From Dehalococcoidia bacterium (lineage in GTDB: Bacteria > Chloroflexota > Dehalococcoidia > Lucifugimonadales > Australimonadaceae): a stretch of 64,000 bases of DNA. Of the stretch, positions 54,747 through 64,000 are shown piece by piece; position 1 is the stretch's first letter; each line of letters starts with the position of its first letter. The position numbers and the translations under genes were made by a program. Where the stretch lies: NCBI GenBank assembly GCA_965219845.1, contig CBDCOP010000006.1:496005-560004 (forward strand). Direction: 5' to 3'. The notes beneath the pieces are model-generated. The model was not told where the DNA came from and made no database searches. It saw nothing but the letters and a program-made list of their open reading frames with translations.

Positions 54747-55151
54747 TCAGCGCACTGACAGGCGAGTCCAAGCAAGGCCATCAACATGCTCAAAGTGCGC
54801 GTCGGCCGAAACGAGGTCGGCGCCCGTCTCCATGACGTGGGCCGCGATCCAGATGTCGTTCGTCGGGATGGGTCTGCCCTTGGCACGCAGGGACGCTGCT
54901 ATCCTGCCGTAGCGGTCCGCAGTCACCAGTCCAATGGGCACAAGGGACGCGCGGGGACCATCGAGAAAGGCTCTCAGCTGAGCAACGTTCTGCTCGAAGT
55001 GTGCACCCCACCGGAACCCGTAGAGCAGTTCTCCCACGACGACTGCTGAGAGCAACAATTGTTCAGCATCGCGTGCGAGATTCGCAATCTGCTCGTGTCC
55101 ATGCATCAGCAATGTATACGCATTGGAGTCCAGTAGGATCCTCATTCCCAA
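54747..55151 (-). CDS. vapC: PIN-domain toxin VapC
   Basis: ILLDSNAY...acidic residues of the PIN fold...NDIWIAAH. Overlaps the upstream antitoxin gene. Confidence 0.85.
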   Translation of the reverse strand: MGMRILLDSNAYTLLMHGHEQIANLARDAEQLLLSAVVVGELLYGFRWGAHFEQNVAQLRAFLDGPRASLVPIGLVTADRYGRIAASLRAKGRPIPTNDIWIAAHVMETGADLVSADAHFEHVDGLAWTRLSVR

Positions 55152-55411
55152 GCCGACTCGTCGATAGTCTCAAAGTCCTCTATGGCAGCGTTCACCGCGT
55201 CTGCCTCCTCGGATGTCCAGCTACCTATGAAGTGGTCCAACGAATCGCCGATCGTGTCTGCCTTCCCGCCATCATCCGCCAACCCCGCACCTTTCCGCAT
55301 GAGCTTCAAGGCAGCCTGGTTCAGGGAGATCCCATCGCGTGTGGCGAGGCGTTGCATGCTGTCGCTCAGCGCGTCGTCGAACCCTCTAACTGTCAGTTGG
55401 TTCATGTGCAA
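55142..55411 (-). CDS. vapB: VapB/FitA-type antitoxin (RHH-like)
   Basis: QLTVRGFDDALSDSMQRLATRDGISLNQAALKLM N-terminal DNA-binding pattern. 10-bp overlap with vapC. Confidence 0.75.
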   Translation of the reverse strand: MHMNQLTVRGFDDALSDSMQRLATRDGISLNQAALKLMRKGAGLADDGGKADTIGDSLDHFIGSWTSEEADAVNAAIEDFETIDESAWE

Positions 55412-55536
55412 CCTCTGTGAGTCACGGATGAGTCACCTGTGACTCATCCTATCAGTTTCAATGAGGAGCGCAAGGTTCCAGGCTCTTCGGCTTCGCCTCT
55501 CCTGTATCATCCGCAGCAACCCACGGAGCGCACCCC

Positions 55537-55719
55537 ATGCAACGCGACCTGATCGACATCCTGGCATGCCCCGCCGACAAAGCGCCGCTCACGCTCGCCA
55601 TCGAGCACGCGGACGGAGATGACGTCGTCACCGGCACGCTCACCTGCACCGCGTGCAACACGGCCTACCCCATCCGGGACTCCATCCCCAACCTTCTCCC
55701 ACCTGGTTACCCGGGCTGA
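55537..55719 (+). CDS. Trm112/UPF0434-family zinc-ribbon protein
   Basis: LIDILACPADKAPL...LTCTACNTAYPIRDSIPNLL signature; 60 aa. Confidence 0.8.
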   Translation: MQRDLIDILACPADKAPLTLAIEHADGDDVVTGTLTCTACNTAYPIRDSIPNLLPPGYPG

Positions 55720-55755
55720 TCCGTCGCAGTCGTCCCGCTATTCCTGTTAACCCCC

Positions 55756-55811
55756 TTGACAACCGTCTCTTGTTGTCTATACTCCCCATTCAAGTTAGTG
55801 CATACTAACTT
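55756..55811 (+). promoter_or_regulatory. Promoter (TTGACA-16 nt-TATACT) followed by the 20-bp perfect palindrome AAGTTAGTGCATACTAACTT
   Basis: Read directly from the sequence, in an AT-rich stretch 40-95 nt upstream of the Fe-transporter binding-protein gene. Confidence 0.5.
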
Positions 55812-55850
55812 ACAAGCACAGGTCAACCTAATATACCTCAGGAGTTACCC

Positions 55851-56936
55851 ATGCGACTCATTCCCAATCCCGGACGAGCGCTCGCCGCAGCGGCGCTGGT
55901 CATCGGTGCCACAGTCCTCGCTGCGTGCGGCGGGGGCGAACCCACAGCCACGCCGACCACGGCGCCACAGTCGGCGCCCACTCCCACCGCTGCGCCGGTG
56001 CAGCAGGGCTCCGGCTCGCTCGTCGTCTACTCAGGGCGCGGCGAGAGCCTCGTCGATTCCATCATCCAACAGTTCGGCGACGTCACGGGCATCGACGTGC
56101 AGGTCAAATACGGCGGCACCGCCTCGCTCGCGGCCACGCTCCTCGAAGAGGGAACGAATAGCCCCGCCGACGTCTTCTACGCGCAGGACCCCGGCGGGCT
56201 CGGTGCGGTCGAGTCGCTCCTCGCTCCCCTGCCTGCCGGCATCCTGGAGCGCTCGCCGGAGTGGGCGCGCTCGCCGCAGGGACTCTGGGCCGGCGTCTCC
56301 GGCAGGGCGCGCGTCCTCGTCTACAGCCCGGACCGCGTACCGGAGAGCGAACTGCCCGCCGACATCTTCGAGCTCATCCAGCCGCAGTGGAAAGGCCGTG
56401 TCGGCTGGGCCCCCACCAACGGCTCCTTCCTCACCATGGTCACCGGCATGCGCAAGCTCTGGGGCGAGGAGAAGACCGCGGAATGGATCGAAGGCATGGT
56501 CGCCAACGGCGCAACCATTTACCCGAAGAACACGCCGCAGGTCGCCGCAGTCGCCGCGGGCGAGATCGACATCGGGCTCGTCAACCACTACTACCTCTAC
56601 CGCTTCATCTCCGAGGAGGGTGAGGACTTCGCCGCGCGCAACTACCATCCGTCCGGCGGCGGACCCGGCGCGCTCGTTATGGTCTCCGGCGCGGGCATCC
56701 TCAGCACCGCCGAGAACCGAGAGAACGCCGAACGCTTCGTCGAGTTCCTCTTGGGCACGGTCGCCCAGCAGTACTTCGCAGGCCAGACCTTCGAGTACCC
56801 TCTCGTCGAAGGCGTGAACATCAACCGCCTCCTCACACCGCTCGACGAGATCGCGAGGCCCGACATCGCGCTCGCAGACCTCGCCGACCTCGATGGCACG
56901 ACCGCGATCCTGCGCGACCTCGGCGCGCTCCCGTAG
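55851..56936 (+). CDS. Fe(III) ABC transporter substrate-binding lipoprotein (FbpA/AfuA family)
   Basis: Lipobox VLAAC, PT linker, SLVVYSGRGESL...ADVFYAQD pattern. Confidence 0.88.
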   Translation: MRLIPNPGRALAAAALVIGATVLAACGGGEPTATPTTAPQSAPTPTAAPVQQGSGSLVVYSGRGESLVDSIIQQFGDVTGIDVQVKYGGTASLAATLLEEGTNSPADVFYAQDPGGLGAVESLLAPLPAGILERSPEWARSPQGLWAGVSGRARVLVYSPDRVPESELPADIFELIQPQWKGRVGWAPTNGSFLTMVTGMRKLWGEEKTAEWIEGMVANGATIYPKNTPQVAAVAAGEIDIGLVNHYYLYRFISEEGEDFAARNYHPSGGGPGALVMVSGAGILSTAENRENAERFVEFLLGTVAQQYFAGQTFEYPLVEGVNINRLLTPLDEIARPDIALADLADLDGTTAILRDLGALP

Positions 56937-57342
56937 CGGCGCGCTCCCAGAGCGCGGGAAGGACGACACGCGATGGAGACGGCACACAACGATCGCGAAG
57001 CCTGCTGGAATGAGATGCTGGAGCGCTGGAACGAATTGAGCTGGTGTGCTTATGCCTATCAGGAGACTGACATGGTCGCTGCCAAGATCCTGTTGTGGAG
57101 AGACGTGACCTGCGAGCCAACGCAAACCTGCGCGCCAGCGGTTGGTGGCAAGCACGCCATGCCGCGCAGGTCCTCCACCCTGCCGGAGGGCCTGCGCGGG
57201 ACCCGGGTTGGCGGACGTGCGGTGTGGTGGACTCTCCTCAGCGCCGCTGCAGCCGTGGGGCGAGCCCTCCGGTAGGCACGTTCCCGCTTTCCGATACAGC
57301 CCCGGCCGCCGATCCTCCCCGGCGCGCCGGGGCACTTTGTTC

Positions 57343-57445
57343 TGTCATGCTGAGCGAAGCCGAAGCATCTCTCAGGGAGGTATGGGGAAGCAGCAGCTTA
57401 CCCGAGAGATTCCTCGACTCCGCTCGGAATGACAAGGCAGCCCAC
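57343..57445. repeat. Intergenic palindromic repeats (GTCATGCTGAGCGAAGCCGAAGCATC; ATTCCTCGACTCCGCTCGGAATGAC)
   Basis: The first motif is identical to the sub-motif in the tandem array at 34442-34823. Confidence 0.8.
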
Positions 57446-57514
57446 GCATATGCTGCTTGTCCCCACAGACGTCCCCCATTGCGCCGAGAGCCCTCAGTGT
57501 GAAAGATACCCACA

Positions 57515-59128
57515 GTGCAGAGCGCAACGAACACCCCCGAGGCGCAGAACCGGGTGCGGCCCGGCAGGATGCCGCCCGTCTTCATCTGGCTGCCCGCCGC
57601 CGCCATCGGCCTCCTCATGCTCCTGCCTCCCGTTTACCTGCTCGTACGTACGCTCGACTCAGGCGCGGCGGGGCTGGAAGTGCTCTTCAGTATGCGCACG
57701 CTAGGCATCCTCTTCCGCACCGTCCTCCTCGTCGGCATCGTCACTGCCGCCTGCGCCGTCATCGGCGTCTCGCTGGCATGGCTGACTCTCCGCACGGACT
57801 TGCCGTTCCGGCGGACGTTCGGGATGCTCACCGCCCTCCCGCTCGCTATCCCCAGCTACGTCTTCGCGCTGCTCGTCATAACCGCGCTCGGCCCAAGGGG
57901 AATGGCGCAGGGATGGCTCGAACCGCTCGGCGTCGACCGCCTGCCGTCCGTGTTCGGCCTGCCGGGCGCCGCGCTGACGCTCACGCTCCTCTCGTTCCCG
58001 TACGTCATGCTGCCGGTCAAGGCCGCGCTCCAGCGTATGGACCCCGCGATGGAGGAGGCCGCGCGCGGCCTCGGAAGGACCGCCGCAGGCGCGTTCTTCC
58101 AGGTGACGCTGCCCCTGCTCCGCCCCGCCATCGTCGCGGGATCGCTGCTCGTTGCGCTCTACACGCTCAGCGACTTCGGGGCCGTCTCGCTGCTACGTTA
58201 CCAGACGTTCACCTGGGTCATCTTCATCCAATACGAGACCGCATTCGACCGCAGCATCGCCGCCGCGCTCTCGCTGGCGCTCACGGCGCTCGCCATTGCG
58301 CTGCTCATCGCCGAGAGCCGCACGAGGGGGAGCGCCGTCTACCACCGCGTAACGCCCGGCGCGCAGCGCACACCCCGCGTCGCGAACCTTGGCGCCTGGC
58401 GATGGGCCGCTACGTTCTACGCCGCAGCCATCGTTCTGTTTTCGCTCGCGGGGCCGATGGCCATCCTCATCTACTGGGTGGTGCGCGGCGTCACGGCAGG
58501 CGAGCCGCTCGACCTGCTCTGGAGCAACACGCTCAGCACCATCTACGTCTCCGCGCTGGCCGCCGCGGCAGCCGCCGTTGCCGCCACTCCCGTCGCGCTC
58601 CTCACTGTGCGTTACCCCGGATGGGTCTCTTCGACGCTGGAGCGTCTCGCCTACGTCGGGTTCGCCTTGCCCGGTCTCGCGGTCGCGCTCGCGTTCGTCT
58701 TCTTCGGCGCGTCCGTCCTCACTCCGCTCTACCAGACGACGTTCCTGCTGGTAACCGCCTACGTCGTCCTCTTCCTCCCCGCGTCCGTCGGCGCAACGCA
58801 GACCGCGCTCAAGCAGGTCAGCCCCCGGCTGGAAGAGGCTGCGCGCGGCCTCGGCAAGACGCCGTTCCACGCCTTCCGGCTCGTTACGCTGCCGATGCTG
58901 TCGAAGGGTATCGCCGCTGGGGCTGCGCTCGTCTTCCTGCTCACGATGAAGGAACTGCCAGCGACGCTCATCCTGAGCCCTACCGGCTTCCGGACGCTCG
59001 CCACGTCCGTGTGGAGCGCGGCGTCGGAGGCGTTCTTCGCCCGCGCCGCGATGCCCGCAATTCTGCTCATCGTCGCAGCCGGCATCCCCACCACGCTCCT
59101 CATCCTCCGCGAGCAGGAGGAGCGGTAG
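57515..59128 (+). CDS. Fe(III) ABC transporter permease (two fused MetI-like domains, FbpB type)
   Basis: 12-TM hydrophobic profile. Two EAA-loop motifs (EEAARGLGRT and EEAARGLGKT). Confidence 0.9.
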   Translation: MQSATNTPEAQNRVRPGRMPPVFIWLPAAAIGLLMLLPPVYLLVRTLDSGAAGLEVLFSMRTLGILFRTVLLVGIVTAACAVIGVSLAWLTLRTDLPFRRTFGMLTALPLAIPSYVFALLVITALGPRGMAQGWLEPLGVDRLPSVFGLPGAALTLTLLSFPYVMLPVKAALQRMDPAMEEAARGLGRTAAGAFFQVTLPLLRPAIVAGSLLVALYTLSDFGAVSLLRYQTFTWVIFIQYETAFDRSIAAALSLALTALAIALLIAESRTRGSAVYHRVTPGAQRTPRVANLGAWRWAATFYAAAIVLFSLAGPMAILIYWVVRGVTAGEPLDLLWSNTLSTIYVSALAAAAAAVAATPVALLTVRYPGWVSSTLERLAYVGFALPGLAVALAFVFFGASVLTPLYQTTFLLVTAYVVLFLPASVGATQTALKQVSPRLEEAARGLGKTPFHAFRLVTLPMLSKGIAAGAALVFLLTMKELPATLILSPTGFRTLATSVWSAASEAFFARAAMPAILLIVAAGIPTTLLILREQEER

Positions 59129-59219
59129 GCATCATGCGTATCCAACGACGGCTAGGGTGCGCGCATATATCTGTTACGGTCATTCCCATACGCAATCTGA
59201 TGGATTAGAGGAGCCACAG

Positions 59220-59828
59220 ATGGAGATTCCTTTGGTAGTGATAGTGGTATGGATAGGCTTAGTTAGTGGTTTCATTCTAATTGTTGTGGGTGCACTCTGG
59301 TCTCCATTCGCTGGGCTTATCTGCGCGAATATCGCCCGGAACAAGGGTGCCGACATATTACGATACAGGAAAGAAGGAACTCAAGCTTCTCTCCACCAGT
59401 TCTTGCCTTGGCTCTATGTTGTCTCGCTGATGAGGGAGAGACCGGTTTCTGAACAAGTGGTTCGGTTAGGTTACATAATCATCTATGCGCTTTGGTTTCT
59501 TGGACCAATAGGCATGTGGGTAGCTGTTGCGTTGTTGACAATGTTTACCTCTGTCGAAGACTTGGACGCTGGGAGTGCTGGAGTCAAGGCGCTATGGGTA
59601 GTTGTTTATGTGGCTATCGCTGTGTTCAATGGATCAGTGTGGTACCGCTCTTTGCAAGCATTACACCGGTTTCATCATTCACAACGAACAGCAGTGTCGT
59701 CGTTGAATCCTACAATCCACGAAGGCTACCTCAAGGTCTTCAAATACTCGGTGGCATCGTATGCGGCTGTTCCTTTATTTGTCGTCATCGCTGTTATTCT
59801 CGCTTTTGCAACAGGCGAGTGGGAGTAG
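59220..59828 (+). CDS. AT-rich multi-TM membrane protein (hypothetical, likely acquired)
   Basis: GAGGAG RBS plus ATG 59220. About 5 hydrophobic helices. 23/60 G+C in 59221-59280. Confidence 0.6.
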   Translation: MEIPLVVIVVWIGLVSGFILIVVGALWSPFAGLICANIARNKGADILRYRKEGTQASLHQFLPWLYVVSLMRERPVSEQVVRLGYIIIYALWFLGPIGMWVAVALLTMFTSVEDLDAGSAGVKALWVVVYVAIAVFNGSVWYRSLQALHRFHHSQRTAVSSLNPTIHEGYLKVFKYSVASYAAVPLFVVIAVILAFATGEWE

Positions 59829-59897
59829 GATATGGCGAAGCACGGTGCAGCGCACGTGTGACGGGCACACCAAGGCTCTCTACCACAACCCCGGCCC

Positions 59898-60240
59898 TCA
59901 TGGCGCCCTGAAGCACCCCGTAACGTGGTCGTTCACGAGGCCCACCGACTGCATGTACGCGTACACGATGGTCGAGCCGACGAACTTGAAGCCGCGGCGC
60001 TTCAGGTCCGCGGACAGCGCGTCGGACTCGGGTGTCGTCGCGGGGATCATGTCTTCGGTGAGCACGTCCGGCCTCGGCAACGGCGCCTCATCGAAGAAGC
60101 CCCAGAGGTAGGCGTCGAAGCTGCCGAACTCGCGCTGTACCTCAACGAATCGCTGAACGGTGTGCGTGATGGCCCAAAACCCCAGACGGCTCCCGAACGA
60201 TACCCAGGTCCCTCAGCATCTGCTCGATGTCGGGATCAAG
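59898..60240 (-). pseudogene. tag: DNA-3-methyladenine glycosylase I remnant (5'-truncated and frameshifted)
   Basis: C-terminal ...SDALSADLKRRGFKFVGSTIVYAYMQSVGLVNDH is Tag. Upstream LDPDIEQMLRDLGIVR lies in another frame (break at the CCC/GGG run 60192-60194). Homology ends at 60240. Confidence 0.75.
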
Positions 60241-60243
60241 GCC

Positions 60244-60290
60244 CCCCACCACCCTCCTCGTCCTCCGCGAGCAGAAGGAGCGGCAGCCCC
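60244..60290 (+). repeat. Diverged second copy of the permease gene 3' end (compare 59085-59131)
   Basis: CCCCACCACcCTCCTCgTCCTCCGCGAGCAGaAGGAGCGGcAG versus CCCCACCACgCTCCTCaTCCTCCGCGAGCAGgAGGAGCGGtAG. Confidence 0.7.
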
Positions 60291-60384
60291 CGGCCGCGGC
60301 CCGTCATTCCAGTAGGAGATGGAACCCGGGCGACCGACAGGTCACTTCTCCGCTTAACCCCTGTCGGTTCATGGTACAGAGGGC

Positions 60385-61782
60385 TCAGGAGCGGTCGAGG
60401 AGTCCTTGCAGACCGATATCCGCCTGGCGGCGCAGCCTGTTGGCATTCACCCGCTCCTGGTCCACGGCCTTGAAGGCATCGACCGTGAAGGGACGCCAGG
60501 AGTTGCGCAGAGCACGGATCGCCCCCTCTTCCCTATCCATCGCCTCGACCAGCAGGTTGTACATGGGCAGGAGATAGCTGGACTGGGGAAGACGCCGCAC
60601 CTCGCGGCCAAGGTCGCCCATGCGCAGGTTGAACCCGTCCAGGGACTGGAGCACCTCAGTGCGGTCACACCCGCCATCGGTCCTGCGCCAGTCGCTGTAG
60701 CGTTGGTGGAAGGCGTCCCACGCTACGAGAAGGCTCCCGTAGTCGTCGTCGAAGTTCTCGAGCTCCGCAAGGTTCTCCTCCGGGTCGTCTTCAACCAGGA
60801 CCGTGGTTGTCCGGCTGACTCGCTCCAGAGTGGCTTCGCTCTCCTCGAATATCGCATCCATCCCGTCCAAGGGCGAACCCGTCGACCCGCCTGTCGCGTG
60901 TGGAGATATCTGGCCCTCGGGAGGTGCAGCGATGCTCTCCTGCAGCCTGCCATGCACCGCGAGCAAGGCCTCGCGCTCTGACTCCGCCGCTGCTCGAAGC
61001 GTCTCGGCCAGGCGTTCCGTCGCGCCCTCCGCTGGTAGTCCGGCTATGGTTTCTGCTATCGCAGCGAACTGCGCGATAAGCCCATCGAGCTGTGCGATGA
61101 GCGTGAACGCGTCCAAGTGGGGGGCGGCCGCCTGCAGCTCAGCATAGTCATCGTGGAACCCGTTCCAGTCGTTCGTGACGGCTTCGAGGAGATCGGAGAA
61201 CTCCCTCAACGCCGCTCTCTCCCCGGGATCGGCGGCTGCCTCGAACTGCTCCCGCAACTCGAATATCCTGTCTTCCACGTTCCTCTGGGCCTCAGCGGCA
61301 TCGGAACGCCGCTGCTCAACCAGCTCGAACAGCGCAGTGTCATCGGGTTGCCAGCGGTCTCGCAGCTGACGGAACGCCGCCCCTTCCTCCTCGGCGGCTG
61401 CTATCAGTATGTCGGCAAGCTCCCGGGTGATGATGGTCCGAGGAAGGTCTCCGGCCTGCGCGGTCACATCTGCGAAACCGGCGGCAAAGCCCTGCAGGGC
61501 CTCATGTACCGAGCTTCTGTGGCAGGAGGTAAGCCCAGCGCGCCACTGGTCGAGGTCCTGGTGGAGCTGGTCCCATTCCTGATCGATGGCCTCGCGTTGG
61601 TCCGCGAACGCATCCACGGCCATCCGGTCGCTGGCCGACAACGGCTCGACAGCCTGGCCGGGTGATGGGTCCGGGGGCGCCGTCGCCGGTTGCGTATCGG
61701 CGGCCTCGCTGCAGGCCGCCAGCGAAGCCAGCAGCAACAACCCCAAGAGAGGCGAGATAAGGGAGCTGAATCGTACCTTCAT
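60385..61782 (-). CDS. Secreted helical lipoprotein (hypothetical)
   Basis: Lipobox SLAAC. 465 aa, acidic, helix-rich repetitive sequence. No family recognised. Confidence 0.7.
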   Translation of the reverse strand: MKVRFSSLISPLLGLLLLASLAACSEAADTQPATAPPDPSPGQAVEPLSASDRMAVDAFADQREAIDQEWDQLHQDLDQWRAGLTSCHRSSVHEALQGFAAGFADVTAQAGDLPRTIITRELADILIAAAEEEGAAFRQLRDRWQPDDTALFELVEQRRSDAAEAQRNVEDRIFELREQFEAAADPGERAALREFSDLLEAVTNDWNGFHDDYAELQAAAPHLDAFTLIAQLDGLIAQFAAIAETIAGLPAEGATERLAETLRAAAESEREALLAVHGRLQESIAAPPEGQISPHATGGSTGSPLDGMDAIFEESEATLERVSRTTTVLVEDDPEENLAELENFDDDYGSLLVAWDAFHQRYSDWRRTDGGCDRTEVLQSLDGFNLRMGDLGREVRRLPQSSYLLPMYNLLVEAMDREEGAIRALRNSWRPFTVDAFKAVDQERVNANRLRRQADIGLQGLLDRS

Positions 61783-61785
61783 GAA

Positions 61786-63093
61786 CTACCTGCCTACCCC
61801 CACGAAGTTAGTCACCTGGTCACTTCTGAACTCGCCCCCGAGCAAACGGTCGACCGCACCGTTCAATGTTCCCGGGTTGTCTGCCAGCACCACCAGGACG
61901 TGCCGGTCCTGGTTCTGGTCCAGCACGGTAACGGACGTCCCCTCGGGGTCCAGGTCGGGAGCGAAGGGAGTGCCCAGCGTGTCACCGATACGCACACCGG
62001 CGGCCTGGAGGTATCGGCTCATCGGAAGGGCGTCCTCGTACAGCCCCAGGAACACGGTGTCCCGGCTGAGGTCTTCTACCCCGCGGATCTCGGAAGAGAT
62101 CTGGTAGTCGGCCAGGCCGTTCTTTGTGCGGATGCCGATGTCCCAGAGAGATTCGCGGCCCAGCAGGATATCCGTGCCGTTCTCCGGGCCGGTCTCGTAG
62201 AAGTACGGGAAGTCTGCCAACTCGTACTCTCGTTCGCTCGATGCCAGGAAGTCGGCGATGTTGGATATCAGCCTGTCGTTGTCCAGCAGGGAGTTCTGGG
62301 GAGGGACCATGAAAGTGAGGTCCGCGACCGCCAGCACGTTATGGCTATCGCCCCCGGCGATCGGGTAGAGCTTCTCCGAAGTCTCCAGCACCGACGACTC
62401 GGTATCAGCGCCGGCGAACGCCAGCCCAGGGCCGGAAGAGCGGATCGAGCCTGCGGCGTAGAGGGTTATGGCATCCACACCAACGGTGAGCTCGTCGGGC
62501 TGGAACTCCCTCACGATGATGTTCTGGAAGCTCAGGTCGTACTCCGCCACGTTGTAGAGGTAGTCGGGCCGGAATTCCAGTCCGAACCTGGCGGCCAGCG
62601 TGTTGATCTGCTGGGGACGGGTCGGATCTGACACCAGCAGGAGTTTCCCGCCCTTCCGCACGAATCGTTCCACCAGGGCTGTTTCGGCTTCGGAGTACGC
62701 CAACCGGGGGAGGATGACCAGAAGGCTGTCCGCGCGCCGCAGTTTCTCCTCCAGAAGCTGAAGGCGGAAACTCTCTTCGTAAGGGGTGACACCGCCGATG
62801 AACTCCACGTCATGTCCCCGGTTGGCCACCCGGGAGGTGAGGGTGAAGACCTCGTTCTCAGCGAACGCGTTGCCGTGCATGGCGTCCACCAGGAGGAGAC
62901 CTCGCTCTACTCGGGGGGCGGGCGCGTCCACGAAGTCGCCCGGGGGGAGACGCGGCGAGGTTATCTGCTCGAAGGGGATCTCCACCTGGGGTGGTGGGTC
63001 GTAGGTCCCCCGATGAGAGAAGATGAAGGCTGTCCCGAAAGCGACGACGGCGAAGGCGGGCAACAGGGCTAGCAGTACCAGTTTACGGAGCAT
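61786..63093 (-). CDS. N-terminally anchored protein with DUF4350/GldG-like domain (hypothetical)
   Basis: Single N-terminal TM helix. The LLVILPRLAYSEAE...GGKLLLVSDP pattern is reminiscent of DUF4350. 3-bp gap to the downstream gene. Confidence 0.65.
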   Translation of the reverse strand: MLRKLVLLALLPAFAVVAFGTAFIFSHRGTYDPPPQVEIPFEQITSPRLPPGDFVDAPAPRVERGLLLVDAMHGNAFAENEVFTLTSRVANRGHDVEFIGGVTPYEESFRLQLLEEKLRRADSLLVILPRLAYSEAETALVERFVRKGGKLLLVSDPTRPQQINTLAARFGLEFRPDYLYNVAEYDLSFQNIIVREFQPDELTVGVDAITLYAAGSIRSSGPGLAFAGADTESSVLETSEKLYPIAGGDSHNVLAVADLTFMVPPQNSLLDNDRLISNIADFLASSEREYELADFPYFYETGPENGTDILLGRESLWDIGIRTKNGLADYQISSEIRGVEDLSRDTVFLGLYEDALPMSRYLQAAGVRIGDTLGTPFAPDLDPEGTSVTVLDQNQDRHVLVVLADNPGTLNGAVDRLLGGEFRSDQVTNFVGVGR

Positions 63094-64000
63094 TTCCCAC
63101 GTACAGGTAATAGAAGTTCGGACGGCCTATGCTCAAGGGGAACTCCGGCAGAGGGTCTTCCTGATCCGTGAGCAACTGCCGGTCGAGCACGAATCCTTGC
63201 AGGGCCTGGAGTCCTGACGCGCCGTTGCCATTGCTTCCTGAGTATGCGTCCAGCACTGGGTCGCCGCTACCGTCGTCCGGTGTAAGCAGGTCGAGGGTAT
63301 CGACAAGGCTGGACTCGCCTCCGCTGTCCAGTGGTTCGAGGATCCGCTGCAGTTCCCGGATGAACTCTATCTGCACCTCCAGGTTGACATCGACGAGGCC
63401 GTAGTTGGCGATTCCCGCCAGTTCCGCTGCCTTCTGCATGGCGTCGGCGTCGCTCCCGATCTCGTCGGCGAGGCCCAGCCTCACGGCGTCTATGCCGGAG
63501 TAGAGGCGTGCCTCGACCAACTCCTCCCTGGAGATGCGCAGCCTGTCCCCCCGTTCGCTGATCACCATCTGCGCGAAGGATGACTTCAGCTGGTCGATCA
63601 TTCCGATCCAGTCCCTTCTGGAAGCGCCATCCAGCTTGTGGGGGCCGCTGAATACGACATCCTCGTCGGGCACGGGGGGGATCAACGGTCCGGCAGAGGA
63701 GACTATCCCCACGTTCCCCACCAGGGACGATGGTTTGGCATAGGAGTAGGTAGTCCCCATCGCCATCATGTACCCGCCGCTGGCAACCAGGCCGTTCATG
63801 ACCAGCACTACAGGCTTCTCCTGGCGTAGCCTGCGAGTCTCGAGGTACAGGTTCTCGCTGGCAGCGGCGCCTCCGCCGGGGGTGGTCAGCTTGATGACCA
63901 CAGCCTTGATGGCATCGTCCTCACGAGCGTAGTTGAGGTACTCGCCGATCACGTAGGCCGAGTTCTCGTTTATGACCGTGAAGGGGATATCGATCACGCC
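63083..64000 (-). CDS. sppA: Signal peptide peptidase SppA (S49 family), N-terminus outside the window
   Basis: AVVIKLTTPGGGAAASE...LVASGGYMMAMG ClpP/crotonase-fold S49 motifs. ORF is open to the window end. Confidence 0.85.
   Translation of the reverse strand, partial: GVIDIPFTVINENSAYVIGEYLNYAREDDAIKAVVIKLTTPGGGAAASENLYLETRRLRQEKPVVLVMNGLVASGGYMMAMGTTYSYAKPSSLVGNVGIVSSAGPLIPPVPDEDVVFSGPHKLDGASRRDWIGMIDQLKSSFAQMVISERGDRLRISREELVEARLYSGIDAVRLGLADEIGSDADAMQKAAELAGIANYGLVDVNLEVQIEFIRELQRILEPLDSGGESSLVDTLDLLTPDDGSGDPVLDAYSGSNGNGASGLQALQGFVLDRQLLTDQEDPLPEFPLSIGRPNFYYLYVGNAP

Noticed and set aside
56973-57275. A 100-aa ORF between the Fe-binding protein and permease genes.
   Set aside because: No recognisable family, no convincing RBS, and the C-terminal half is Arg/Ala-rich shadow-type sequence running into repeat elements. 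A short real peptide cannot be excluded.

Overview
High-GC bacterial chromosomal segment. Most 60-nt lines are well above 60% G+C; for example 22561-22620 has 50/60 G+C. PT-rich lipoprotein linkers and the dispersed 'PLPxGEG' hairpin repeats suggest a Chloroflexota-like organism, but that is inference only. The backbone is housekeeping: alaS-ruvX, aroC and aroK/aroB, a cbpA-hspR-clpC heat-shock operon, ispD/ispF-cysS, secG, gatB, mutY, mutL, an Fe(III) ABC importer, an ABC-2 exporter, and LigB/LigJ-type and Rieske aromatic-catabolism genes. Small accessory inserts interrupt it. Main observations: (1) two genes carry an in-frame TGA exactly at the catalytic Cys of a UxxC motif (a redoxin-like protein at 8172-8873 and an ArsC/Spx-family protein at 53488-53838). 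Each has a similar GGC-tipped hairpin 14-15 nt downstream, so both are probable selenoproteins that ORF callers split. (2) A thrC-like/NIL/MoaD sulfur-carrier operon is co-transcribed with the selenoprotein candidate. (3) A strongly AT-rich beta-class DNA methyltransferase module is fused in-frame to the 3' end of cysS, and a single-A indel would separate the two. (4) A 94-nt tRNA-like gene has a Sec/allo-tRNA-type 8/4 fold and a long variable arm but no UCA anticodon. (5) Two accessory inserts are bracketed by diverged direct copies of the 3' end of the neighbouring gene. (6) An IS481-family element with an NCTAGN-type 6-bp duplication sits inside an AAA ATPase gene, and an IS1-family transposase is also present. 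(7) Several dispersed and tandem palindromic repeat families occur, one copy lying in-frame inside a coding gene. (8) Five reading-frame breaks all fall in short homopolymers, so assembly error must be excluded before any pseudogene is called. No rRNA genes and no CRISPR array were seen.
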